IMG/VR virus record: IMGVR_UViG_3300045988_044952
DNA: 47,112 bases
Strand: one strand, 5' to 3'
DNA from: a virus
This document shows positions 6,892 to 14,816 of the stretch, piece by piece. The position numbers were made by a program, and so were the translations under genes. Under the pieces are notes generated by a model, which had not been told where the DNA came from, did not search any database, and was given only the letters and a program-made list of their open reading frames with translations. The number at the start of each line of letters is the position of its first letter. Position 1 is the stretch's first letter.

Positions 6892-7467
6892 ATGGACCAG
6901 ATACAACGGGAAAAGATAGCTGCAAAGCTAAAGAAAATTAAAGCATTGGCAGAACGTGGAGTAGGCGGCGAGAAAGAAACCGCAATGCGTATGTATGAGG
7001 ACTTAAAAGCCAGATACGAACTGGAAGACGAAGAAATCATGCTGGACGCAGTAACGCTTCACTGGTTCGGCTATGCAACGGAACTGGAAGAAGAACTGCT
7101 GACCCAGATTTTCTACAAGGTCACGGGCGGCACGACATATCACATTTACACGGGCAAATACAGCCGCAGGAAGAAGCGTGGCTGCGATTGCACAGAGATT
7201 GAAGCAGCGGAAATCACATTGCTTTTCAATTTCTACAAAGCGGAATTGAAGCGGGAACTGGAAGCGTTCATGGTAGCTTTCAGAAGCGGCAACAACCTTT
7301 ACCCGGACAAGACCGCCCGTTGCTACAAAGAGAACAACGGACCTGCGCCGGAGAGAACCGACGAAGAAAAGCGAATGTTGAAAAAGGCTGCGTGGTATTC
7401 ACAGGTGCTTGACAAGAGAAGACCGCCACGGGCACTGATTGGAGAACCGGAGGTGGAAGAAGATTGA
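6892..7467 (+). CDS. DUF2786-like protein (paralog 1)
   Basis: Start moved to ATG 6892 (RBS GAGGT). The N-terminus EKIAAKLKKIKALAERGVGGEKETAMRMYEDLKARY resembles the DUF2786 helical motif. It is paralogous to the N-terminus of the next gene. Confidence 0.55.
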   Translation: MDQIQREKIAAKLKKIKALAERGVGGEKETAMRMYEDLKARYELEDEEIMLDAVTLHWFGYATELEEELLTQIFYKVTGGTTYHIYTGKYSRRKKRGCDCTEIEAAEITLLFNFYKAELKRELEAFMVAFRSGNNLYPDKTARCYKENNGPAPERTDEEKRMLKKAAWYSQVLDKRRPPRALIGEPEVEED

Positions 7468-7850
7468 GTGAAGACAGAAAGAAAATCATTGCAAAGCTGA
7501 TAAAGATAAAAGCCCTTGCGGAACGTGGCGTGGGCGGGGAACAGGCAACAGCGCAGCTGATGTATGACACCTTAAAAAAGCGTTACGGCATAACAGACGA
7601 AGAAGTGAGCCGGGCAGCAGGCGGCACGGTGGACATAACGGAAATTGACTTGAAACAGTGCTGGGGGCTTGCCTTTGCGCTGGGAGTGATAGCAAACAAC
7701 CTGCAAGACGAAATGGAGCTATGCACAGTTTGTCCACATACTCACACAGAGGATTGCGCCGGGTGTGGAACCAGTGAAAACATAAAGGATTTGCAGATAC
7801 AGTATGAAACCATGAAACAGAAACTTGAAGAAGTGGCAATGGAGGTATAG
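7464..7850 (+). CDS. DUF2786-like protein (paralog 2) with Cys-rich C-terminus
   Basis: TTG start overlaps the upstream stop. The N-terminus KKIIAKLIKIKALAERGVGGEQATAQLMYDTLKKRY is roughly 65 percent identical to the same segment of 6892-7467. The C-terminus contains CTVCPHTHTEDCAGC. Confidence 0.5.
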   Translation: MSEDRKKIIAKLIKIKALAERGVGGEQATAQLMYDTLKKRYGITDEEVSRAAGGTVDITEIDLKQCWGLAFALGVIANNLQDEMELCTVCPHTHTEDCAGCGTSENIKDLQIQYETMKQKLEEVAMEV

Positions 7851-7853
7851 GGC

Positions 7854-8672
7854 ATGGCAAGAACAAAAATACTGGTGCCGCCAGAAAAGCAGTGCGGGTA
7901 TACTTCCGTTATTGTTTCATACAGCACGGGGATTGACAGCACGGGCGCTATTTACTGGGCAACACAGAACTTTGCGCCGGAAAAAATATTCCTGCTGTAC
8001 TGCGACACTGGCGCAGAATACAGCGTGAATGAAGCGTTGTTTTTCAAGACTGCAAAGGTTCTGGGATTGAAACCAATATTGCTGAAAGCACCGAAAGACT
8101 TTTTATATCTGCTTTTGAATGAGCGGTTGAAGTTCCCGGACAGCAAGAACCGCTGGTGTACGGCGTATCTGAAAACGGCGGTGACAGACCACTGGATAAG
8201 AACGCACCGGGACATACTGGGTGAAAAGTGTTTGTTCATATCTGGGGAACGCAGGGACGAAAGCAGAGGGCGTGCAAAGCTGCCAGAATGTGAGTATCAC
8301 AGCACGACATTGAAAACAGAGCGCAAGGGCAAGTTTGAATGTCACTGGCTGCGCCCAGTGCTGGACTACGAAAAAGGCAAGATGTTTGAATTTGGAAAGC
8401 GTCTGGGACTGGACCCGCACCCGTGCTATGAATACATTGACCGTTGCAGCTGCATGATGTGCATATTTGCGAAAAATGAACAGGTCATGGAGAACATGAA
8501 GCGGCACCCGGAAGCAATGCGGAAATGGGTAGACGCAGAAGCAAAGCTGGGGTTCACATGGAAGCAGAAAACAAGCCTGCAAGAATTGTGGGACCAGTGC
8601 TTTGATATTGACGACGTGACCGAAACGGACACACCAGAACAGGCAGGAGGTGACGCCGGGTGCCAGCAGTAA
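7854..8672 (+). CDS. PAPS-reductase-family (PP-loop ATPase) protein
   Basis: Contains a PP-loop-like SYSTGIDST, then LLYCDTGAEY, RWCTAYLK and ISGERRDESRGRA. These match the order of conserved PAPS_reduct family motifs. Confidence 0.75.
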   Translation: MARTKILVPPEKQCGYTSVIVSYSTGIDSTGAIYWATQNFAPEKIFLLYCDTGAEYSVNEALFFKTAKVLGLKPILLKAPKDFLYLLLNERLKFPDSKNRWCTAYLKTAVTDHWIRTHRDILGEKCLFISGERRDESRGRAKLPECEYHSTTLKTERKGKFECHWLRPVLDYEKGKMFEFGKRLGLDPHPCYEYIDRCSCMMCIFAKNEQVMENMKRHPEAMRKWVDAEAKLGFTWKQKTSLQELWDQCFDIDDVTETDTPEQAGGDAGCQQ

Positions 8673-9058
8673 AAAGAAAAGCAATTCCAAAGGCGGTGCG
8701 GCAGCAGGTGTATGACAGCTTGAACGGGCACTGCGGGTATTGCGGTTGTGAAATTACATACAAGGAAATGCAGGTGGACCACATAGAAGCGGTGTACCTG
8801 CATGAAGCAGAACTGAACGCCGGGGAAGCGCAGCAGGTGAACAGCATTGAAAATTATATGCCAGCGTGCAGAATGTGCAATTTCTATAAGTCAACAATGA
8901 GCATTGAAAGTTTCAGAAAGCAGCTGGAAACGCTGCCAGAAAGACTGGAAAAGCTGTTTATATACAGATTGGCGAAGAAATATGGGATTGTGCAGGAAAT
9001 CAAAAAGCCAGTGCAGTTCTATTTTGAAAAGCAGAAAGGAGGAACGGGCAATGCCTAA
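8660..9058 (+). CDS. HNH endonuclease
   Basis: GTG start 9 nt after AGGAGG. Motifs: CGYCGCEI...QVDHIEAV...NYMPACRMCNFYK (HNH/Cys4). Confidence 0.85.
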   Translation: MPAVKRKAIPKAVRQQVYDSLNGHCGYCGCEITYKEMQVDHIEAVYLHEAELNAGEAQQVNSIENYMPACRMCNFYKSTMSIESFRKQLETLPERLEKLFIYRLAKKYGIVQEIKKPVQFYFEKQKGGTGNA

Positions 9059-9455
9059 AGGATATTACAGAAAGCGCAGCGAAGCCACAGAACAGGAAAG
9101 AGTTATAAACTGGGCGACGTTCTACGCAAAAGACTTCCCAGAACTGGCACTGCTGCACCATATCCCAAACGGCGGCAGCAGAAACCAACTGGAAGCCGCC
9201 AACCTCAAACGGCAGGGCGTGAAAGCTGGGGTGCCGGATTTATGCTTGCCAGTACCCAGAAACGGAAAACACGGGCTGTATGTGGAAATGAAGTGGCAGA
9301 AGAACAAGACCACGGACAAGCAGGACTGGTGGCTTGACCAGCTGCGGCAGCAGGGATATGAAACGGCAGTCTGCTGGACTGCGGAAGACGCAATGGACAC
9401 CATAGCGGGTTATCTGGGAGTTATGGAGCAGACAGGAAGAAAGGTGGAATTGTAA
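9051..9455 (+). CDS. VRR-NUC domain nuclease
   Basis: Start moved from 8904 to ATG 9051 (RBS AAAGGAGG). Motifs: HIPNGG...KRQGVKAGVPDLCLPVP...GLYVEMKW (PD-(D/E)xK, VRR-NUC pattern). Confidence 0.75.
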   Translation: MPKGYYRKRSEATEQERVINWATFYAKDFPELALLHHIPNGGSRNQLEAANLKRQGVKAGVPDLCLPVPRNGKHGLYVEMKWQKNKTTDKQDWWLDQLRQQGYETAVCWTAEDAMDTIAGYLGVMEQTGRKVEL

Positions 9456-9754
9456 TGGGCTACATGGACAAGACATTGAAACAGACGGTGCCGTATTACA
9501 GCACCATGAAGCGTGCAGGGGCGTTCAGACAGCCCCAGAAGCCACAGAAGCGGCAGAAAAGAACGACACTGACAGAATATAGCCAGAACGGACAGAAAGC
9601 CGTATTGAAGCCGCACGTTACCGTCAATCAAGCAGCAAAGAAGCTGTATGACTATGAGCAGACGGGACTTTCACCGCATGAGGTAGCAAACCTTGTTGAG
9701 CAGGTGCAGAACTTGACAAGGCGTGTCAAGAAGTATGAAAGCTGGGAAGAATGA
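9455..9754 (+). CDS. Hypothetical protein
   Basis: 99 aa with a basic N-terminal half. Its start overlaps the upstream stop (TAATG). Confidence 0.5.
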   Translation: MGYMDKTLKQTVPYYSTMKRAGAFRQPQKPQKRQKRTTLTEYSQNGQKAVLKPHVTVNQAAKKLYDYEQTGLSPHEVANLVEQVQNLTRRVKKYESWEE

Positions 9755-10002
9755 CCGACGTTGAACGCTGCGTGATATGTAACGAGATTATCCCGGAGGG
9801 TTCGCAGGTCTGCACCGCCTGCCAGAAGAAATATGACATTGTGACCGGGGAAACAGAGGAAATGGCGCAGGAGTTGCGGGACGTGGCAGCAGTGCTGAAA
9901 ATCACGGAAGCCACAGACACGAACATTAGAACGTCAATGGAAAGCATACTGCGGATAGCAGACAGACTGGAAAGGAAGAACAAAGGTGAAAAAAGACGAT
10001 AA
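9751..10002 (+). CDS. Small zinc-ribbon protein
   Basis: CVICNEIIPEGSQVCTACQ (CxxC..CxxC). ATGA coupling to the upstream gene. Confidence 0.5.
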   Translation: MTDVERCVICNEIIPEGSQVCTACQKKYDIVTGETEEMAQELRDVAAVLKITEATDTNIRTSMESILRIADRLERKNKGEKRR

Positions 10003-10546
10003 AATCAAATTACCCCAGTATTTGCCGTTAATCGTAAAAGCAAGGTTACATACTGGCGGCAGAGAGTATGAGAAAATCAAACAGGAATTAAAGGGGCAGG
10101 GCTTCACCTGCAATCAGATGAAAAGCATGGTGCGTGAGGGTAACTATTTTGACGGGCTGGTGTTGTATCTGTCAAAGTGGAACTGGGACAACCACGAAAG
10201 CTGGCACCTTTATAGCTGGGACGATAAAGACGACGAAAAAGTTATGCTGGGAATTTATGAAGCGGAGCAGTACCACCCATACAACCGATATAAGGGAGAT
10301 TTTGAGAAGTTCCAGAGCGACTGGAAAAACGAGGAATACGACCCCGGTATGACATTCACTTTCAAAGACAGTGAAGTTGAGGTGCTGGAAGTCCTGCAAG
10401 AGGAAGTGGACAACATAGACCATGAAGCAGTTAAAAAGCAGGTGGCGGCGGCAGAGGACGCACAGTACCAGAAACGGAGAAAACAGCGACAGCGCCGCAA
10501 GCAGAGAGCCAGCAAGGGCAGCAGGTATCACAGAAAATTCTTTTGA
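9986..10546 (+). CDS. Hypothetical protein
   Basis: GTG start after AAGGAAG. 186 aa with a basic C-terminal tail (KRRKQRQRRKQRASK). Confidence 0.5.
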   Translation: MKKDDKIKLPQYLPLIVKARLHTGGREYEKIKQELKGQGFTCNQMKSMVREGNYFDGLVLYLSKWNWDNHESWHLYSWDDKDDEKVMLGIYEAEQYHPYNRYKGDFEKFQSDWKNEEYDPGMTFTFKDSEVEVLEVLQEEVDNIDHEAVKKQVAAAEDAQYQKRRKQRQRRKQRASKGSRYHRKFF

Positions 10547-10560
10547 CGGAGGAAATGACA

Positions 10561-10821
10561 ATGGCGAAGATTTCAAAGAAAACAATAGAGAGTCTGCGGG
10601 AGTTCTTAGACCGTGGCTGCGATTATGCCGGGACACAAGAAACGGTAACAGAAATTGCAAACGAAGCGTTGAGGGAAAACGGCTGCGAGTTGTGCCAGTG
10701 TGACGACGCCAGCGTGTGCGACTGGGACGGTGACGAAGTATGCACGGTAGAAGATTTTGCAAATGTCTTCTGGGACAAAGCAGTTGAGAAAATCTTAAAC
10801 GTGTTAGCTACGGAGGAATAA
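10561..10821 (+). CDS. Hypothetical acidic protein
   Basis: ORF 10543-10821. ATG 10561 has the best spacing (8 nt) to GGAGG. Confidence 0.45.
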   Translation: MAKISKKTIESLREFLDRGCDYAGTQETVTEIANEALRENGCELCQCDDASVCDWDGDEVCTVEDFANVFWDKAVEKILNVLATEE

Positions 10822-10824
10822 GGC

Positions 10825-11019
10825 ATGGCAAAGGGTAAGAAGCATTACAGCGGCAAAGAGTTGATAAGACGCCGCCAGATAGAGCGGCAGCAGGCAGAAC
10901 AGCAGCAGGGAAACAGACTGACAAAGACATTGAAACAGGTCAACCAGTTACGCCCAGTCATTGAGAGGGCAAAACAGAGAATGAGGGAGGGCAAAGAAAA
11001 TGGCAGCGTTCTTGATTGA
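10825..11019 (+). CDS. Hypothetical basic protein, 64 aa
   Basis: ATG after GGAGGAATAAGGC. Lys/Arg/Gln-rich. Confidence 0.45.
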   Translation: MAKGKKHYSGKELIRRRQIERQQAEQQQGNRLTKTLKQVNQLRPVIERAKQRMREGKENGSVLD

Positions 11020-11179
11020 AACAGCAAAAGCACTTCTGACATTCATTGCGGTATGCGTAGGACTTGGCGTGCTGTATCTGGTGTTTGTGGTTGTTAGGGA
11101 AGTTGGTTGGATTGTAAAGCAGGAGAACCGCAGGAAATATGAGCAGGAGGGAAAAGAGAATGGAAACGGCAGTATTTAA
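11000..11179 (+). CDS. Small single-pass membrane protein, 59 aa (below the ORF-track cutoff)
   Basis: ATG 11000 lies 8 nt after GAGGGAGGG. Translation: MAAFLIETAKALLTFIAVCVGLGVLYLVFVVVREVGWIVKQENRRKYEQEGKENGNGSI. Stop TAA at 11177-11179. Confidence 0.45.
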   Translation: MAAFLIETAKALLTFIAVCVGLGVLYLVFVVVREVGWIVKQENRRKYEQEGKENGNGSI

Positions 11180-11459
11180 AGCGGTGTGCCCGTTAGAGAT
11201 TGGGGACACGGTAGCAATCGGAGTAGGAAAGACCGCAGCAGGAGTGAGAACGGCATATTATCTGCCAGCGGGCATGGAAGTAGTTGTGGCGGGTACGGTA
11301 TCAATACACACGGTCACGGACATTTCAACAACGCATTATCTGAAAAGCGGCAAAACAGTATTCAGATATGAATTGAACGGGTCCGGCAGATATGAAGTAT
11401 TAAACGTGAAAGTCCCGGTAAGAGAAACGGCAGACGAACTGAACCGCCGTGGCAGATAA
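11160..11459 (+). CDS. Hypothetical protein
   Basis: ORF 11139-11459. ATG 11160 lies 8 nt after AGGAGGG. Confidence 0.5.
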   Translation: METAVFKAVCPLEIGDTVAIGVGKTAAGVRTAYYLPAGMEVVVAGTVSIHTVTDISTTHYLKSGKTVFRYELNGSGRYEVLNVKVPVRETADELNRRGR

Positions 11460-11466
11460 AAATAAA

Positions 11467-11555
11467 TACTTACGGAAGTATACAAAATGCACAAATATAC
11501 TTCCGTAAGATTGTGTAAAATGTCGATTGCTTTTATACTTCCGTAAGTATATAAT
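11467..11555 (+). promoter_or_regulatory. Promoter/operator cassette A (3 copies of the TACTTCCGTAAGTA motif), drives the 11607-parAB operon
   Basis: Motif copies at 11467-11480 (reverse orientation), 11498-11511 and 11536-11549. Promoter: TTGCTT 11527-11532, 17 nt, TATAAT 11550-11555, with the third copy filling the spacer. Confidence 0.65.
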
Positions 11556-11606
11556 AAAGACAGTCAAAGGAACAACAACACAACATAGAAAACGGAGGTA
11601 TAAGCA

Positions 11607-11885
11607 ATGACAAAGAAGCAGTTAAAAGAAGCATACACAAACTGGAATAGAGAAATCACAAAGCTGGGAGAAAGAAAAAGAGAAATTTTCAAAGAGTTGC
11701 AGGAAATGTGCGCAGAGAAAGGCGACGGGAACCGCTGGTGTTGCATTGAAAAGTTGGTAGAGGAACTGACAAAGAAAGGCTATGTATACACCGCTATGAA
11801 CTTGATAAGCGAGTATTACAATATATGCGGACAGGAAGAAGCGTTGCTGAACCTTGCATTAGCAACAAATAATTTTGAGATTTAA
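11607..11885 (+). CDS. Hypothetical protein, first gene of the par operon
   Basis: ATG after AACGGAGG. 92 aa, helical, no motif recognised. Confidence 0.55.
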   Translation: MTKKQLKEAYTNWNREITKLGERKREIFKELQEMCAEKGDGNRWCCIEKLVEELTKKGYVYTAMNLISEYYNICGQEEALLNLALATNNFEI

Positions 11886-11888
11886 AAA

Positions 11889-11961
11889 GCACGGGTGGCG
11901 CAATGGATAGCGCAGCAGCCCCCGAAGCTGCCGGGTGCGGGTTCAAGTCCCGTCCCGTGCA
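11889..11961 (+). tRNA. tRNA-Arg (anticodon CCG) with C at position 33
   Basis: Manual cloverleaf of 73 nt: acceptor GCACGGG/CCCGTGC, D arm GCGC-AATGGATA-GCGC, anticodon arm GCAGC-CCCCGAA-GCTGC, variable loop CGGGT, T arm GCGGG-TTCAAGT-CCCGT, discriminator A. No encoded CCA. Confidence 0.8.
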
Positions 11962-12012
11962 TTACTGGGAAAAGAAACTATAAACATACCAGATACAAGG
12001 AGGAATACCCCA

Positions 12013-12773
12013 TGAAAACATTATCAATCATTAACTTAAAAGGTGGAGTGGCAAAGACCATTTCCAGCGTTAATATGGCACACATTCTGGCAGCAATACA
12101 CGGCTGCAAAGTCCTGTTAATCGACAACGACAAGCAGGGGAACGCCAGCAAGATTTTGAACCGCCACAGTTACGACCATAAGGGAACCGCAGAGGTTATG
12201 ACCCAGCGTGGCATTGACCCGGCAGCAGTTATCCAGCACACCGATTATGACGGCTTGGACATTATCACAGCAAACATGAACCTGCTGACAGCCAATTTGG
12301 AAGTCATGCTGGACCAGTCCAGACCGCAGCAGACCCGCTTTGTGAAGTTTCTTGACGGGTTACAGCAGGAATATGACTACTGCATTATTGACAACGCCCC
12401 GGACATTAACATTTCCACAATCAATGCGCTGGTGGCTTCACAAGACGTCATGGTGCCTATCACTATTGATGATTTTGCGATTGACGGGTTGGCAGAGCTG
12501 AAAGAACAGATTGACAACACCCGTGAGGATTTGAACCCGCAGCTGCGCTTTTGCGGTTGCTTTGTCACCCAGTACGACAGAACCAATGAAGCGGACACAC
12601 AGGGGGAAGAATTTCTGAAAACACTTGAATACCCGGTTTTCAATACGCATATCAGAAAGACACCGAAAATGAAGCCCAGCACGTTTGAGAGATTGCCAAT
12701 CATTCTGTATTCACCACGTTGCGGAGCAGCAGTAGACTATAAAGCATTGGTGGACGAGTGGTTGAAGATGTGA
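12013..12773 (+). CDS. parA: ParA/Soj-type partition ATPase
   Basis: Start moved to ATG 12013, because the ORF-track extension from 11895 overlaps the tRNA. Deviant Walker A (LKGGVAKTISSVN), then LLIDNDKQGN and a Walker B-like CIIDNAPD. Confidence 0.9.
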
Positions 12774-12803
12774 CCAATTCGGACACGTTAGGAGGGAAAA
12801 AGC

Positions 12804-14225
12804 ATGGCAGGAACAACACCGAAATTCAATCTGACAAGATTATTAAATGAGCGTTCCAGAGAAGCGGCAGTGCAGGAAAACAAGGAGGAGAAAACAGCAG
12901 AGATTGCCACGCCGGAAGACGGCGTGAGCAGTACCGCTGATATTTACGACCTTATACCGTCCAAAGGCAATTTTTACAGCGTGGAAGATGTGCAGGACTT
13001 GAAACAGTCCATAGAACTTCTGGGAGTATTACAACCGCTGCTGGTCACTGATGAAGAAGAAGACGGCAAGCGCCGCATTATCGCAGGACACAGAAGACGC
13101 CTTGCGGTCATGCAGCTGGTGGACGAGGGAAAAGAGCGTTTCAGACGTGTTCCAATCTTAATCAAGCCAAAGAAAAACGCTATTCTGGACAGACTGGCAC
13201 TGATTATGGCAAACCGCTTCCGTGAAAAGACAGACTGGGAACGCATGACAGAAGCATTGGAAACAGAAAAACTGGTGCTGGAATTGAAAGAAAGCATGAG
13301 TATTCCGGGTAGAACCCGTGATTTGCTGGCTGAAATCATAGAAACGTCACCTGCACAGATTGGAAGATATAAGGCAATATATAACAACCTCATTCCAGAG
13401 CTAATGGCAGAGTTTAAGGCAAACAGAATTGTTGTATCTGTAATTTATGAAGCGTCCGGGCTTCCGGCAGACTATCAGCAGCAGGCGGCAGAAATGTTCC
13501 GGGAAAATGAGGTGCTGACAATAGCAGATATTAAGCAGTTAAAGAAGAACTATGAAGCGGCGCAGCAGATACCGGGACAAATGGACATGAACCAGTTTGA
13601 AGACCAGCAGCAGGCAGCGGGAGAGGAAACAACGACCGCAGAGGGCGAAGAAGACCAGAAGCCGGAGGAAGAAACGGAAACGGGAGCAGAGGGAACAGAG
13701 GGAGCAGAGGAAGCCGCCGGGCAGCAGCCAGAATATGTGGACCCGCAGCCGGAGCAGATAACGTCATTGTGTTACAGCTGCACACATTATGAGGATTGCC
13801 ACGACAAGACAGCAACCGTGACAAGCTGCAATGCTTATAAGAACCGCAGAGAAGCCCAGAAGACGGACGAAGAACGATACAACGAGGAACAGGCAGCTAT
13901 TGACCGGGAAACCAGAAAGAAGCTGCGTGAGAAGCAACAGGAAGAAAAAATGCAGCAGTTACCGTCTGACGGTCAGCAGAAGCAGAGGGACATTAGATTG
14001 ACGCCGCAGAAGTACGCTGAAATCACCGCAGGCAAGCTGACGTTCCTTTTGCTGAAAAAAGACGGCTTCAAAATCGGTGAGGAACTGGAACTGGGAGAGT
14101 TCACGGACGGAAAAGCGACAGGACGCAAGATTGACGTTGAGATTGTTTATATCTGGGCAGACTGGACGGGGCTTGATGATGATTACTGCATTATCGGTTT
14201 CAATGTCACGGCATTTGATGAATAG
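12804..14225 (+). CDS. parB: ParB N-terminal-domain protein fused to a C-terminal DUF3850/ASCH-like domain
   Basis: ParB/Srx box (LLGVLQPLLV...IIAGHRRRLAV), an acidic low-complexity linker, a Cys cluster (CYSCTHYEDC..C) and a C-terminal PUA-like segment (KLTFLLLKKDGFKIGEELELGEF...IDVEIVYI). Confidence 0.8.
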   Translation: MAGTTPKFNLTRLLNERSREAAVQENKEEKTAEIATPEDGVSSTADIYDLIPSKGNFYSVEDVQDLKQSIELLGVLQPLLVTDEEEDGKRRIIAGHRRRLAVMQLVDEGKERFRRVPILIKPKKNAILDRLALIMANRFREKTDWERMTEALETEKLVLELKESMSIPGRTRDLLAEIIETSPAQIGRYKAIYNNLIPELMAEFKANRIVVSVIYEASGLPADYQQQAAEMFRENEVLTIADIKQLKKNYEAAQQIPGQMDMNQFEDQQQAAGEETTTAEGEEDQKPEEETETGAEGTEGAEEAAGQQPEYVDPQPEQITSLCYSCTHYEDCHDKTATVTSCNAYKNRREAQKTDEERYNEEQAAIDRETRKKLREKQQEEKMQQLPSDGQQKQRDIRLTPQKYAEITAGKLTFLLLKKDGFKIGEELELGEFTDGKATGRKIDVEIVYIWADWTGLDDDYCIIGFNVTAFDE

Positions 14226-14236
14226 GAGGTGAGGAC

Positions 14237-14482
14237 GTGCCAATAAACATGACGGACTATAAAATGATAGTCCATGAAAGAGTATACAACGTACTGCAAA
14301 TTATACTTGATTTTGACAGGGGACCCGCAGAGGACGGGACCCCGCCACAGCCGAAATTCATTGACGCAGTATACATTGACGAAGACGGAGTAATAAAGAC
14401 CATGCGTGATGAAGCGTGGTGTTTCCAGTTCGTAAGGAGAAACGGAGGTACAGCGAATGGAAAGACCAGTAATAATGGTTGA
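14237..14482 (+). CDS. Hypothetical protein
   Basis: GTG start after AGGAGGTGAGGAC. 81 aa. Confidence 0.5.
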   Translation: MPINMTDYKMIVHERVYNVLQIILDFDRGPAEDGTPPQPKFIDAVYIDEDGVIKTMRDEAWCFQFVRRNGGTANGKTSNNG

Positions 14483-14642
14483 CACGGACGAAATGCACGT
14501 GTTCTGCCGCAATCAGTGTGCAAACGTAAAATGCACAAAGCATATTTCAAAGGCTTATGAGTGCGGCGGGGCGTGTTCTATGCAGCTATTGAGAGGGCAG
14601 CCAGAATGTGCCGGGTACATATCACGGAGGAAACGCAAATGA
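14457..14642 (+). CDS. Small Cys-rich protein
   Basis: 61 aa with eight Cys (FCRNQCANVKCTKH...ECGGACS...PEC). Confidence 0.4.
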   Translation: MERPVIMVDTDEMHVFCRNQCANVKCTKHISKAYECGGACSMQLLRGQPECAGYISRRKRK

Positions 14643-14770
14643 AAGAAAACGTGTGCGTTGACTGCAAATATTATGAACGCTGCGGAAAGCCGGAAAGATA
14701 CATGAAATGCATGGGGTATGAGGAACGGCAGCAGGCAGCAGAGGAAACCGAAACTGACGTGCATGATTGA
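14639..14770 (+). CDS. Small Cys4 protein, 43 aa
   Basis: ATG 14639 after GGAGGAAACGCAA, with an ATGA overlap with the upstream stop. Translation starts MKENVCVDCKYYERCGKPERYMKCMGYEE. The motif resembles the Cys cluster inside ParB. Confidence 0.4.
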   Translation: MKENVCVDCKYYERCGKPERYMKCMGYEERQQAAEETETDVHD

Positions 14771-14816
14771 CAGCCGGGAAAGACTGGCAGAAAGGCAAGA
14801 AATGGAGGAATAGCAA

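Noticed and set aside
8904-9050. Long N-terminal extension of the VRR-NUC ORF overlapping the HNH gene
   Set aside because: It lies in an alternative frame over the HNH coding sequence and has no RBS. ATG 9051 has AAAGGAGG upstream and starts the conserved domain.
11895-12012. N-terminal extension of ParA in the ORF track (MAQWIAQQPPKLPGAGSSPVPC...)
   Set aside because: The extension is the translation of the tRNA gene (11889-11961). A strong RBS and the Walker-A N-terminus begin at ATG 12013.
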